From contig CM000431.1 in assembly GCA_000165345.1 (NCBI GenBank), forward strand, positions 320,001-384,000: a stretch of 64,000 bases of DNA. Reading direction: 5' to 3'. The notes under the pieces are model-generated. The model ran no database searches, was not told the origin of the DNA, and was given only the letters and a program-made list of their open reading frames with translations. The position numbers and the translations under genes were made by a program. This document shows, piece by piece, positions 39,854 through 49,951 of the stretch (positions within the stretch are counted from its first letter, which is position 1; every line of letters begins with the position of its first letter).

Positions 39854-39865
39854 TTAGGCGCCTAC
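39854..39865. promoter_or_regulatory. E2F-like GGCGCC core (TTAGGCGCCTAC), followed by GACGCATGCGCATAG at 39887-39900
   Basis: Seen directly; lies in the 1.2-kb spacer upstream of the CNNM-like gene. Confidence 0.35.
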
Positions 39866-40220
39866 CCCACAATAAATGTCAAATTGACGCATGCGCATAG
39901 AAATTTGTTATCATTCTGAATTTAGTCTGCAAATAATATTTAAATAAATTTAAACAAGAAACTAATATTTCTCAAGGATCAAGTGAGAAATATCTACTCA
40001 GAACAAGTCTTACTGACTTCTTACAATCAATATTCACTGCTAAAATTTTATAAAATAAAGAAAAGAAATTAAAATAATAAGGATTTTTAAAAAAAAAGTG
40101 CAACTTCACAATTCAATAAACCTATTTAACTTTCTTGAATTAGCAAATTCCGGTTTACCTCATATTTTATTTGAACCTAAATTTATTCAAATTAAAATAT
40201 TTAAAATTGTTTACAAACAT

Positions 40221-40255
40221 TCCCGCCAAATACACACACATTTATTGGCGCCAAC
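40221..40255. promoter_or_regulatory. E2F-like pair (TTCCCGCCAAA at 40221-30 and TTATTGGCGCCAACA at 40247-52) about 440-470 bp upstream of the CNNM-like gene. A further AGCGCCAAT lies at 40452-60.
   Basis: Seen directly. Confidence 0.45.
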
Positions 40256-40690
40256 ACTTTTCTTTTAAGAATCGAAAAGGTACCAAGTTCTATTGCAAAG
40301 AATCCAAATTTCAATATTTCCTGCAACTGTGATAACGAAAAATATTAGGATTCTGAATGGTATTGGTGAATCTAGACAAAAGTCTTTAAACGTTTTTGTT
40401 ATCTGAAAATAGAGTTGAGTTAATTTTTTTAATAACTATAAAACAACTTTTAGCGCCAATACATTTTTAAATTCAAGGGAAGAACCATTTTTGTATTTAA
40501 AGTTAAATCTCAAAAAATAGGGAATTAGATTCTTAGATAAATGCTTATGCAAACTGAAAGAAAGAAAACGCTCTAAACTTAGGAATAATCCTTTCTAACT
40601 CAGAAGGAAGAAATACCCACTCTTTATTTCAATGAAGCAAATAATCTATATTTATTACCTTCAAGTGACTAGAAGAATTTTATCATCACA

Positions 40691-42085
40691 ATGAAAGAAG
40701 TGGCAGAACTCCATTTGTCCGCATTGATCATTATTACTCTTCTTCTATCTTTTGGTTCTGCACTCTTCTCTGGTCTAACTTTAGGAATGATGACTCAAGA
40801 TCTTTTACATTTGAAAATATCTTCATCCTCAAAGAATAATAAAAATGCTGCTTTTTATGCGAAAAGGCTCTTACCTCTGAGAACTAATGGAAATTTTCTT
40901 CTAGTTACCCTATTATTTGGTAACGTTACCGTTAATACTGGTCTATCTATCTTAATTTCTGAATTAACTTCTGGTTGGCTAGCCTTCACTGTCTCTACTA
41001 TTCTTATTATGATCTTTGGTGAAATCATTCCTCAAGCTATCTGTTCTAGGTATGGTCTTTATATTGGAGGGTTCTTCTCTCCATTTATAAGACTTATTCA
41101 AATTATTCTATTTCCACTGCTAAAACCTATCTCAGTCATTCTTGATAAGGCTGTTGGTAAGACCAACGAAAAGATATACACTAGAGAAGAATTAAATACT
41201 TTACTTGAACATCATTCTAAAAAAGATATCATTTCAGTTTATGAGCTTGGACTTATAAAAAGAGTCATCTTTTCCAACTTTACTTTATCTGATATTATGA
41301 TACAAATTGATGAATTTCATATCTATTATATTGATTCTCAACTTGAAACTAATCAAATTGAAGATTTTATTAAAAAAGGTATTTCGAAGCTTTACATTAT
41401 TGATAATCATTCTACATATTCTGAATTATTCAAAGACGACTTCCAACAATGTTTAACTTATACAAAGAAAAATGATATTATATACTTGGATATTCCTAAT
41501 ACTAATGACCATCAATCTAACTATATTGAATATTCCAATTCCCCAATAACATCAGAAACTTACGATTCCGATTGCTCTATTTGTAATGATTCTCCCCATT
41601 CAAAAAGTGGTATTATATTAGGATATATAGATTTAGATCAGCTTTCAAAACAAAACAAAATTTTTCAAAATAAAAACAATTCAAATCGAATCTCAACTAT
41701 TGTCAATACCAAAAGCTTCATAAGACTAACAAACATTGTTATATCAAATAAAATGATGGATTTGATCAGAAATAAAGATACTCTGTCAATACTTACTAGT
41801 ATCTCTAATATTAAAGATAAAATTCTTTGTATCCAAGGATCAACATCAATCTCAACCTTATTTAATGTGCTCTGTCAGTACAACTTATCGCAAAATGATA
41901 TCATCATTATATACTCAACAATAGGAAATGGACATAAAATAAGATACGACGGAGTAATCACTCTGACAACATTGTATGAGTACATGTTCTCCAGCGAAAA
42001 ATATGTTGTAAATGAACTAAAAGAGGATATATGTAGTAATCTACTATTAAAACATCAACATCCAAATATATCTAGCTATTTCTAA
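40691..42085 (+). CDS. DUF21/CNNM-family (CorC/Mam3-like) CBS-domain putative divalent-metal transporter
   Basis: 464-aa ORF. An N-terminal four-helix hydrophobic DUF21-like region (LSALIIITLLLSFGSALFSGLTLGMMTQDLLHL...GEIIPQAICSRYGL) is followed by a CBS-like segment (LSDIMIQIDEFHIYYIDSQLETNQIEDFIKKGISKLYIID). Confidence 0.65.
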   Translation: MKEVAELHLSALIIITLLLSFGSALFSGLTLGMMTQDLLHLKISSSSKNNKNAAFYAKRLLPLRTNGNFLLVTLLFGNVTVNTGLSILISELTSGWLAFTVSTILIMIFGEIIPQAICSRYGLYIGGFFSPFIRLIQIILFPLLKPISVILDKAVGKTNEKIYTREELNTLLEHHSKKDIISVYELGLIKRVIFSNFTLSDIMIQIDEFHIYYIDSQLETNQIEDFIKKGISKLYIIDNHSTYSELFKDDFQQCLTYTKKNDIIYLDIPNTNDHQSNYIEYSNSPITSETYDSDCSICNDSPHSKSGIILGYIDLDQLSKQNKIFQNKNNSNRISTIVNTKSFIRLTNIVISNKMMDLIRNKDTLSILTSISNIKDKILCIQGSTSISTLFNVLCQYNLSQNDIIIIYSTIGNGHKIRYDGVITLTTLYEYMFSSEKYVVNELKEDICSNLLLKHQHPNISSYF

Positions 42086-42293
42086 TTAAAACTTACAAAT
42101 AAAATGATACAAAGATTAAATATCATTATAGAATTTCAATAATGTGTCAAGAGTAGATCTAGAATACCATAGAATAAACTACTACAATTGTTATTAAAAG
42201 AACACAATTGCTTGCAAGTATATTTATAATAGATGTATCATTATCATCCACATAATAAAAAATAAATTTAGACCTTCTCCAGCTATATTAGAT

Positions 42294-43166
42294 TTATTGA
42301 CCCAATACCGGGAATGCTCTAGTGTCAGACACATCAGGAGCTTCTCTTCTGACTTGTAAGCTGCTATTTGGCCTTTGGTTACCTCTGTTTCTTCTATCAT
42401 CATTTCCTCTCCTATTGTAAGAGTTTCTACTTGTGTACTTTTCAACTAACTCAAAGTAGTTAAATACACCCTTGTCACTCTTAGTGTTATTTTTGTTAGC
42501 CTTGTTCTTGTTATTCTTATTTGTAGTGGTATTTGAACCATCATCACGAACATATCTTTGAAGGCCCTCCTTTTCGAAATCCTTAGCAGTGGTATTGCCT
42601 TTAACAATCTCAGTTTTAGGTACTTCAAGTCTTTTTGGAGCCATCTTCTTCATATATTCTTCGTAACTAATCATTTGGCTCTCCTTCTCTTTGGTTTCAT
42701 CAACTTTATTTTGTGATTCCTCAGAGTCAGCAACATTATCATCTAATTGATTATTAGAAGCAACATCAGAAGAGTTGGTATTATTGTACTTCTTCTCCTT
42801 ATCAATTATTTCATCTTCAATACCAGCAGAATCATTTTGCTTTGAAACTCTATGGGCCTTTCCAGAAGCGTCTCTTCTATCAAAAACTCTTCCATGAGAG
42901 CTAGTATATCCTCCTCTGCCACCTCTATGTACAGTATTTCCCTTTCTAGCACCTCTAGACATTTTAGAAGTTGTATCCAAAGCTGAAGCTGGAGCATTAG
43001 GGGTAACTTCATTCTTTGGATAAATTAAAGATGAAGGATTCTCCTTATTTCCAGCAGTGCTTTTTACAGGCTCTTGCTTAGTTATTATTTGTTGATCATC
43101 TTCATCGTCGCTTAAGCTTAAAGCTGCGAACTTGTTACGAGTATTTACTGTATATACCGTCCGCAT
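42294..43166 (-). CDS. Stm1/SERBP1/HABP4-like mRNA-binding (ribosome-associated) protein
   Basis: 290-aa hydrophilic low-complexity ORF. The N-terminal NKFAALSLSDDEDD is typical of the Stm1_N / HABP4 family. RGG-like GGRGGY motifs and a basic, Asn-rich composition are present. Confidence 0.5.
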   Translation of the reverse strand: MRTVYTVNTRNKFAALSLSDDEDDQQIITKQEPVKSTAGNKENPSSLIYPKNEVTPNAPASALDTTSKMSRGARKGNTVHRGGRGGYTSSHGRVFDRRDASGKAHRVSKQNDSAGIEDEIIDKEKKYNNTNSSDVASNNQLDDNVADSEESQNKVDETKEKESQMISYEEYMKKMAPKRLEVPKTEIVKGNTTAKDFEKEGLQRYVRDDGSNTTTNKNNKNKANKNNTKSDKGVFNYFELVEKYTSRNSYNRRGNDDRRNRGNQRPNSSLQVRREAPDVSDTRAFPVLGQ

Positions 43167-43534
43167 TTCCTACTTTGTAATTAAATTTCTAGCCTTTGAT
43201 CTTTCTTTGCAGTCAGATTTTGAACCTTAAGTATTTAATTGTCTTGTGTAGACACCAACTTGAATTATATAACATTAAAAATAAATTTCCTCAAAAGCCC
43301 GCCTAAAAAAAAAAAAGAAAGAACCGAATGCAAAATATTATTCAGGAGGTAATATATGGAGGGAAAAATAAGAGTTTGATAGTATTATGATTTACTGAAA
43401 TTAGTAATGAGTTTAAGGGTGGAAGAATTATAAAATTTAGATAAATAGATTATATTAAAATATACTTTATAGTTATAGCTAAGTAAGAGGAACAATACAC
43501 GAATATACAACATAAAAGTTTTGATTACTAGTAG

Positions 43535-44668
43535 TTAATTATGACCAAAAGAATTATTTTTCTCCGATTCCAGGTTAAAATGTCCAGTGTTCGCATTGCA
43601 GTTAGAATCATAGCTAGGCATGTCGGTATTTTCCTGATTTAAGTTTATGGAGATGGTGTTGGTGGAATTATCATTATTAGATTCAGCACTATTAGAATTA
43701 GCATTACCAATAGTTTGAGACTGTTTATTATTGTTAATAATGAGGGAGGAGTTCTTATAACCACCATATTTAAATACAGGGGCTTCAACATGATTAGGAT
43801 CCCAGCCATTTGGATGACTATAGTTGCAAAGAGAATTGTAACAGGCCAAACCGTACCTACAGGGTACAGTGGGGTGAATAAAAAAGCATCCAGGGCCATA
43901 TGGACAGAGAGGCCAAGATTTACAAGCCTCACTAGGGTGAATATAAAAGCAGTGATCACCTTTATCGCAATTAGGCCAGTTTTTACATCTAATTTTAATT
44001 TTTCCATGAGTAGAAGATGGACCAGTGGATGAATTAGCAGCTTGATTGGAAGAGTTATAGGGAGCTCCAGATTGATTAAAGTTATTGGACCTTGTGTAAG
44101 GAGCATTTCTATAATTAACTCTAGGTAGTCTATTATTTCCTACCATTGGACCAGAAGAAGATTCATGATTAATTAGGGAATGATTATTCTTATGTGAGGA
44201 AGCGGGTTGAAATGGTTTTGATCTTCCAGATCCTGATTTATTCTTGATAGCATTAGAGATTGCAAAGTCCAAAGAATCCTTGTTTTGATTGGACTGGGTG
44301 GAACTCTTATGAGTATCATTAGGAGAAGAATTGTTCTTGCCCAAGCCATTATCATGATTAATGTTTGGCATATTATTATTGGTGGAGTAATCGTTTTTAC
44401 TGCTTTCCACAAGCTGAAAGACCCATGTCCCAAATTGAGAAGCCTCATCAGAAAGAAACTCCTTGAGCTCATTGATGATGTGTTCTTTTGGTTGATTATG
44501 GTTTACCATGTGGCAAATGTAATCTGTTAATACTGAAACATCGTCATCTCCAAATATTTCCTGCAATTTGCTCGTAATCTTCGACTGAACCTCTGGAGTG
44601 ACAACTTCTCCAACAGAAGAACCTCCTCCACTAGATGACTCCATCCTTTTGCTATTTTTATCAACCAA
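43535..44668 (-). CDS. ZC3H14/Nab2-like nuclear poly(A)-binding CCCH zinc-finger protein
   Basis: 377-aa ORF. The N-terminal helical region fits a Nab2-type PWI-like domain. The C-terminal tandem fingers (IRCKNWPNCDKGDHCFYIHPSEACKSWPLCPYGPGCFFIHPTVPCRYGLACYNSLCNYSHP) have C-x5-C-x4-6-C-x3-H spacing, diagnostic of ZC3H14/Nab2. Confidence 0.7.
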   Translation of the reverse strand: MVDKNSKRMESSSGGGSSVGEVVTPEVQSKITSKLQEIFGDDDVSVLTDYICHMVNHNQPKEHIINELKEFLSDEASQFGTWVFQLVESSKNDYSTNNNMPNINHDNGLGKNNSSPNDTHKSSTQSNQNKDSLDFAISNAIKNKSGSGRSKPFQPASSHKNNHSLINHESSSGPMVGNNRLPRVNYRNAPYTRSNNFNQSGAPYNSSNQAANSSTGPSSTHGKIKIRCKNWPNCDKGDHCFYIHPSEACKSWPLCPYGPGCFFIHPTVPCRYGLACYNSLCNYSHPNGWDPNHVEAPVFKYGGYKNSSLIINNNKQSQTIGNANSNSAESNNDNSTNTISINLNQENTDMPSYDSNCNANTGHFNLESEKNNSFGHN

Positions 44669-44774
44669 AATAATTGATATTTTCTCTTTAATTAATTTTC
44701 TCCCTCCAGCTTTGGTTTCTCTTTATTTATATAAATATTAATTAATTATACAAAATATACATATAAACTCAAAG

Positions 44775-44824
44775 TTTGGCGCCAAAGTGCGGAACAGCTA
44801 ATTGTCATCGTTTTTGGCGCCAAA
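44775..44824. promoter_or_regulatory. Two perfect TTTGGCGCCAAA palindromes (cores 44778-83 and 44816-21) in the divergent promoter between the ZC3H14-like gene and the 456-aa hypothetical gene
   Basis: AAAGTTTGGCGCCAAAGTG and TTTTTGGCGCCAAACG, 38 bp apart. Confidence 0.55.
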
Positions 44825-45005
44825 CGTTTATTAAGAATTTGAATTTTACTGGATGTAAAAAATTCATTGCAAAAATAGGCAAAGAAAGAAAGATGGGCAA
44901 AAATTGATTATTTGTAAATTGTAAAATTTATATTTTTGTGGGAAGTATGTGCATTTTGGTTGGATTAAATTGTTATAATTTTTATTTTGTGTTGCATTTT
45001 AATTA

Positions 45006-46376
45006 ATGAAGGAAGACTCAAATCATGGATTATTATTGGATGTACCATTCACAAGTCCCATTTGCACGATAAATTCAACTGATGACAAGATCTTAGTAGG
45101 AACATGGGATGGTTACTTTTATCAGATTTGTTTAAACAAAAAAGATGATGTAGTTACAGTACAAATAGAACCTTCTTACCCAATAAGGTATATAAGTGCA
45201 TTGAAAGATTCAAACTGTGAAGTAGACCCCCATACTGGGGCTCAGAAGAGCTATGAGCTTATTTTGGGAGGTACATATAGAACAAAAGTAAGAATGAAAA
45301 ATCGGATCAATTCACCTATAACTCCATTGGAAGAGCTTGAGATATCATCAGACTCTCATTACCAAATAATTGAAACAAGATCAAGCCTTGAACCTTTTGA
45401 ATCTCATACTAAAGGAATTGAATTTGGAAACAAGTACCATGGGGGCCCCTTGTTTTTGTTTTCATCAACTATTAATTCGTATTTTGGTTTTAATAGTGAA
45501 AAAGGAGAAATTGAAATATTAATTGGGAATTTTAATCTTCCAGACAGAGAATTTGTTATTTTAGATTATGATTTTCTGAATAACCATTTGCTTATTGTTG
45601 AGAGATCACCAGAAAGATTGGACTATTATGCATTATGTTCACTTCAAATACTTGAACTACCAAATTCCCAGAATTACTTGCAAGAGGAAGTTGATTCAAG
45701 TAATATCACTAATTTAGCAGAAATACCTCCAAAATATATACTAAACTTTCCTATAAAGAATCCTCTCTTTATTACATCTAATATCAAGTCAGATTTAACT
45801 CTTAATTCATCAGCTGAATATAATAACTTTAAAGATTCTACTCACGTATATAAATATCTCTACTCCACAATGTTTTCAATTTCTGACTTCAAAAAACGAC
45901 CTTTGAATATATTCAAGTCAATGTATAATCTTTGTGATGCAAAATTCTGGGGATTTAATTCCTTTATATTTCTTGTTTCAAACCACACAATTATTGCAAT
46001 CGATGTCCTTTTCTCAAAAGATAATGAATTTGTAACTAATACAAACACTAAATGCAAATTCTGCATTAAGTCACCAGATCGAAATATTACATCTATCTCC
46101 ACTACCAATTACAATTACTTGGTTGCATTAACAGAAAAAAACAGAATATTTCTATTAAATAGAAATGGTGAGATTGTGTATTCTATAAGTAATATAACCC
46201 CTAATAAATCCAATTTTAGATGGGTTTGGCCAGCGCATGTATTTGTTACGCACACCGGTACTATAATCTTTTCAACTACCAAAGGGTTATATTATATTCA
46301 CTGTGATTTATTGGACAAAAGAAAAACTCAATTTACGAAGAATCAGAGCTTTATCATAGATTTACCTAATAATTAA
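45006..46376 (+). CDS. Hypothetical protein (456 aa), no domain recognisable by eye
   Basis: Long ORF with coding-like composition and E2F-like promoter elements upstream. Possible beta-strand-rich repeats (WDGYFYQ..). Function unknown. Confidence 0.5.
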   Translation: MKEDSNHGLLLDVPFTSPICTINSTDDKILVGTWDGYFYQICLNKKDDVVTVQIEPSYPIRYISALKDSNCEVDPHTGAQKSYELILGGTYRTKVRMKNRINSPITPLEELEISSDSHYQIIETRSSLEPFESHTKGIEFGNKYHGGPLFLFSSTINSYFGFNSEKGEIEILIGNFNLPDREFVILDYDFLNNHLLIVERSPERLDYYALCSLQILELPNSQNYLQEEVDSSNITNLAEIPPKYILNFPIKNPLFITSNIKSDLTLNSSAEYNNFKDSTHVYKYLYSTMFSISDFKKRPLNIFKSMYNLCDAKFWGFNSFIFLVSNHTIIAIDVLFSKDNEFVTNTNTKCKFCIKSPDRNITSISTTNYNYLVALTEKNRIFLLNRNGEIVYSISNITPNKSNFRWVWPAHVFVTHTGTIIFSTTKGLYYIHCDLLDKRKTQFTKNQSFIIDLPNN

Positions 46377-46506
46377 CTACTATGTTTTTTCTCACTAAAT
46401 AAATAATTACTTTAATTTCATCCATTTTAAGCTCTTTTCTCCCCCACCTTTGCTTTTTCTTCACAACTTTTTATATTCAAAATTTATATAATTTTATTTG
46501 CATGAA

Positions 46507-46518
46507 TTAGGCGCCAAA
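46507..46518. promoter_or_regulatory. E2F-like GGCGCC core (TTAGGCGCCAAA) upstream of RPL14. A GGCGCGC variant sits at 46733-39, about 120 bp from the ATG.
   Basis: Seen directly; followed by CTCGTCTCGTCTTGAGACAG, which contains an inverted GAGAC/GTCTC. Confidence 0.45.
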
Positions 46519-46853
46519 CTCTCGTCTCGTCTTGAGACAGTTAAAAGTATAAATAATCATAGTAAACTTTTAATAGAAAGTCAACAATGTATTTGTTAAT
46601 TCCGTATTAATTTAATTGCAACTTTTGAATTAAGAATTTAGTTAAAATAAAAAATTATTAAAATTGACAATTTTGTTATTTAATAATAATCCCAAATATA
46701 TTTCAAGGTCAAATATAGAACAAAGAAGTTGTGGCGCGCACCAAAGACAAATATTAATAAAATATAAACGGGAATCTCCAATTCTGAATTTTGATAATTT
46801 AATTATTCCAGAACTTTTAGCCGTTCTATCAAGAAGGTATCAAATAATAGAAA

Positions 46854-47787
46854 ATGACTTTATTTACTCGTTTTGTTGAGCCAGGTCGTCTTTGCAGAAT
46901 CCAATATGGACCAGACACAGGAAAGATGTGCTTTATTATTGATGTCATTAATATGAATCGTATCTTGATTGACGGTCCATCAACTAATGTAGCTCGTCAG
47001 AGTATTCCTCTGAAGAGACTTGCTCTCACTGATTTTAAGGCAAAGATTCCTCGTGGTGCTAGAACTGGAACTGTTAAGAAGATTTTGGAAAAGGACAACA
47101 CTATTGAGAACTTTAATAAGACCACATATGGTCAGAAATGGTAAGTTTACTTATTATTTGGTTGATTTTCGGCATTTTTGGGGTTAGAAGTTTACCTTAT
47201 TAAACAGTACTTACAGTTAAGACATACATATTGTGGTAATTCTGTTGAATGTATGTATTCAAAATGATGTAAATACATCACTTAGTCTCGTTCGTCTTAA
47301 TAGGCTTCTCAATTTATTTGTGAGGCTTGTTGTGATGATAATATGTATTATCTGACTTGATGTCATTTCCACGGGATTAAGCCACTTTTATGTATAATTT
47401 CTATACATTAACTGTCAAGTTGGTTCTGCACTGGAACTAGGTTCTTAATATCTAAATTATAATATTTTCTCTTATGTGGAGACAAATATATATATATATA
47501 TATATATATATTATGAACGAAAGCCTATTAGTGCATATAGAACTTTATTTATGTAAACTTCTACCGCATTACACTACTCTGAATCAAACGTAGATTCAGA
47601 TCATGGAATATAATCCGTAAATCGACCTTCTCCCCTTTTTTCAACCTTTGTTTTAACCATTATTTCCTTTAGTGCTGCCAAAATTTTCAAGGCTAATATG
47701 ACTGACTTTGAGCGTCATGCTCTTTTGGTTGCTCGTAAGAAGAGACAATACCTCGTAAAGCAAATCATCAAGACCAAGAAGAACTAA
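46854..47787 (+). CDS. RPL14: 60S ribosomal protein L14 (eL14). Two exons, 46854..47140 and 47673..47787, separated by an intron of about 532 nt.
   Basis: Exon 1 translates to MTLFTRFVEPGRLCRIQYGPDTGKMCFIIDVINMNRILIDGPSTNVARQSIPLKRLALTDF.., which matches eL14 closely. The ORF stops at a GTAAGT donor (intron starts 47141). The downstream segment after a TTTCCTTTAG acceptor encodes AAKIFKANMTDFERHALLVARKKRQYLVKQIIKTKKN-stop, matching the eL14 C-terminus. The exact acceptor and the junction residue are uncertain. Confidence 0.75.
47486..47511. repeat. (AT)n dinucleotide microsatellite inside the RPL14 intron
   Basis: ATATATATATATATATATATATAT seen directly. Confidence 0.8.
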
Positions 47788-48114
47788 ATATGAATGATTA
47801 TAGACTTTCTATTTAGAAGTGGGAAGGCTAGCTCGCTAGTTAAATGGTACACATATGTGTTTGCGGAGAGAGAAATGAATTATTATTTCTATTATTTGGA
47901 AGTAGGGTTGGAAAGTTTGAGATCTAAACTAAACCTTTTTTTTCAGGCTTTCTTAGATATTAGATTACTTTGGTAATAATGAAAATACATTCATCGTTAT
48001 TACCTCCTATCTCCATTTAAATTTATAATTTCAAAAGAAGTCTCTTCATTATACCGTAATTTCTGTTTACAGTATTTAATTGTTGTTTTCTTAGTTGTAT
48101 AAATATATAAACAC

Positions 48115-48126
48115 TTCGGCGCCAAA
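48115..48126. promoter_or_regulatory. E2F-like GGCGCC core (CTTCGGCGCCAAAA) about 95 bp upstream of the RING E3 gene
   Basis: Seen directly. Confidence 0.5.
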
Positions 48127-48215
48127 ATCATCAAAATAATACAATTTCCAAAAAAAAACTTGCCAGAAGAGTTAGTGAGGTTCTGATAGGTGGATGTGTC
48201 ATATTCTTTGAAAGA

Positions 48216-49016
48216 ATGGGTAATTTAATAGAAAGAGAGAATAGAGGAGTGCAATATCCAGTCAGAGAACAAATAACAAGAAGATTGAGTAATACAGAAT
48301 ATATTTTTAGTGAGGCTCTGAATAGGAATGATCCCAGAATTTCACTAAATAACGAAAAGCAAGAAAAAAAGCTGATTAGTGTTAGCAAGTCAAAAGCAAT
48401 ACAAAATCAGTGCCATATTAATGGCTTATCAATCCGATATATACCTTCTTTAAAGAGGATGAGATTCGAATATGACTGTATTCAAGATTCAATTTTGAAC
48501 ATATACAATTCAAATTCATTAGAGGAAAACTTAATTAACACAGAAAAACCAATATTCTCCCACATTGTACCAAAGTCTTTGAATAAAGAGTTTCAATGCG
48601 ACTTGAAATCAGACTTAAAACAAAATTTTGTATTGGAGATTAAGCCAAAAAGTTCTTCCACTAATAATACTGAGACTATCCAGCTAACATTTTGTGAGCA
48701 GATCCCAAAGAAAGCAAATAATGCATTGGAAAGCCAGATAGAAATTAAAAGGCAGTGTGTACTTTACAATGGCAAAGCATTTGAAATCCAAAATATATTC
48801 GGGTTATCAAACAAATCCAGTAAGGCTTCAAAGAATGATGAAGATTCAGAAAAATGTGTAATTTGTTTAACAAATAATCGGGAAACAATATTGCTTCCCT
48901 GTAGGCATGCTTGTCTATGTAAAATATGTAGTAATACGTTATTTAAAAATACTCAAGATTGTCCAATTTGCAGAAACTCAGTCTTGGGAGTAGTAAATAT
49001 TGAAGATAGTAAGTAA
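48216..49016 (+). CDS. MGRN1/LOG2-like N-myristoylated C3HC4 RING E3 ubiquitin ligase
   Basis: 266-aa ORF starting MGNLIERE (Gly2 myristoylation context). The C-terminal RING (CVICLTNNRETILLPCRHACLCKICSNTLFKNTQDCPICRNSV) has the same pattern as MGRN1/LOG2/LUL RINGs. Confidence 0.65.
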   Translation: MGNLIERENRGVQYPVREQITRRLSNTEYIFSEALNRNDPRISLNNEKQEKKLISVSKSKAIQNQCHINGLSIRYIPSLKRMRFEYDCIQDSILNIYNSNSLEENLINTEKPIFSHIVPKSLNKEFQCDLKSDLKQNFVLEIKPKSSSTNNTETIQLTFCEQIPKKANNALESQIEIKRQCVLYNGKAFEIQNIFGLSNKSSKASKNDEDSEKCVICLTNNRETILLPCRHACLCKICSNTLFKNTQDCPICRNSVLGVVNIEDSK

Positions 49017-49133
49017 AAATCAATGTTTACTAGCAAATACCGGTTTTTACATGCATGGTTACATGCAAATTTGTAAATTTGGTTATAATATAAATATAAA
49101 GAAAAAGAAATCTAAGACATATATTTCCCTGAT

Positions 49134-49730
49134 TTAAAATAGATTAGTCTTTCTCATAATACGGATAAATTCTTCTTGATTAATTTCTCCATCTCCATCT
49201 CTATCAGCTTCATCAATCATTTCTTGAATTTCCTCGTCAGAAATATTTTCTCCTAATTCTTTTGCAACCCTTTTTAGGTTTTTAAAGGTGATTTTCCCAG
49301 TTTCATCATCATCAAACAATTTAAATGCTTTAATAATTTCTTCTTTTGGGTCTCTTTGAAGTATTTTAGTCTCAACTAAGTCGTAAAAATCATTATAGCT
49401 AACCATTCCATTATTTAGTTCAACATTGGACAAAATTTTCTTTAATTCCTCTTTCTTTGGATCAAATCCCAAGGCTCTCATTGCCACTTTTACTTCCTTA
49501 ATATCAATATAACCTATCGAGTCCCCATCAAAAAGCTCAAAAGCTTCCTTAATTTCCATTTTTTGCTGTTCTGTTAGTTCTGTTCTTTTCGAGACTGAAC
49601 CCATATAGCTATTTCCAATTCCATTTCCACCCAAGTTACTTCCACTTCCTCCACCCAATCCGCTTATCCCATTCACTCCCAGAGATGAACTTGACGAGGG
49701 GCGAGACCTCATAATATTCTTCATTCCCAA
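49134..49730 (-). CDS. Centrin (caltractin), EF-hand calcium-binding protein
   Basis: 198-aa ORF with a Gly/Ser-rich N-terminal extension followed by [49 protein letters not shown] and three further EF-hand loops ([13 protein letters not shown]; [13 protein letters not shown]). The match to centrins is strong. Confidence 0.9.
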   Translation of the reverse strand: MGMKNIMRSRPSSSSSLGVNGISGLGGGSGSNLGGNGIGNSYMGSVSKRTELTEQQKMEIKEAFELFDGDSIGYIDIKEVKVAMRALGFDPKKEELKKILSNVELNNGMVSYNDFYDLVETKILQRDPKEEIIKAFKLFDDDETGKITFKNLKRVAKELGENISDEEIQEMIDEADRDGDGEINQEEFIRIMRKTNLF

Positions 49731-49890
49731 ATCTATACCTTAAATCAGAAGCTTAGATTCTAGGTTTAAAAAATATAATACAAAAGAATAAATAGTCAAA
49801 TCTTTTTTATTTCTTAAATTTTTGTTTATCCTAGATTTCTTTAATACCAAATTCCTTTAATTACATTATTTAGTTTTATTTTCAAAGTAG

Positions 49891-49902
49891 TTTAGGCGCC
49901 AA
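49891..49902. promoter_or_regulatory. E2F-like GGCGCC core (TTTAGGCGCCAAAG) about 165 bp upstream of centrin
   Basis: Seen directly. Confidence 0.5.
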
Positions 49903-49951
49903 AGCATGTAACAATTATTATGAAATATTACGTGTAAAAATAATTAAATAA

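Noticed and set aside
43645-44530. ORFs 43645..44106 (-), 43715..44032 (+), 44173..44472 (-) and 44285..44530 (+)
   Set aside because: They are alternative-frame or antisense ORFs inside the ZC3H14-like gene, whose frame contains the diagnostic CCCH fingers.
46664-46879. 71-aa plus-strand ORF overlapping the RPL14 start
   Set aside because: It is in a different frame from RPL14, covers the promoter region containing the GGCGCGC element, and has no recognisable features. The eL14 N-terminus starts cleanly at 46854.
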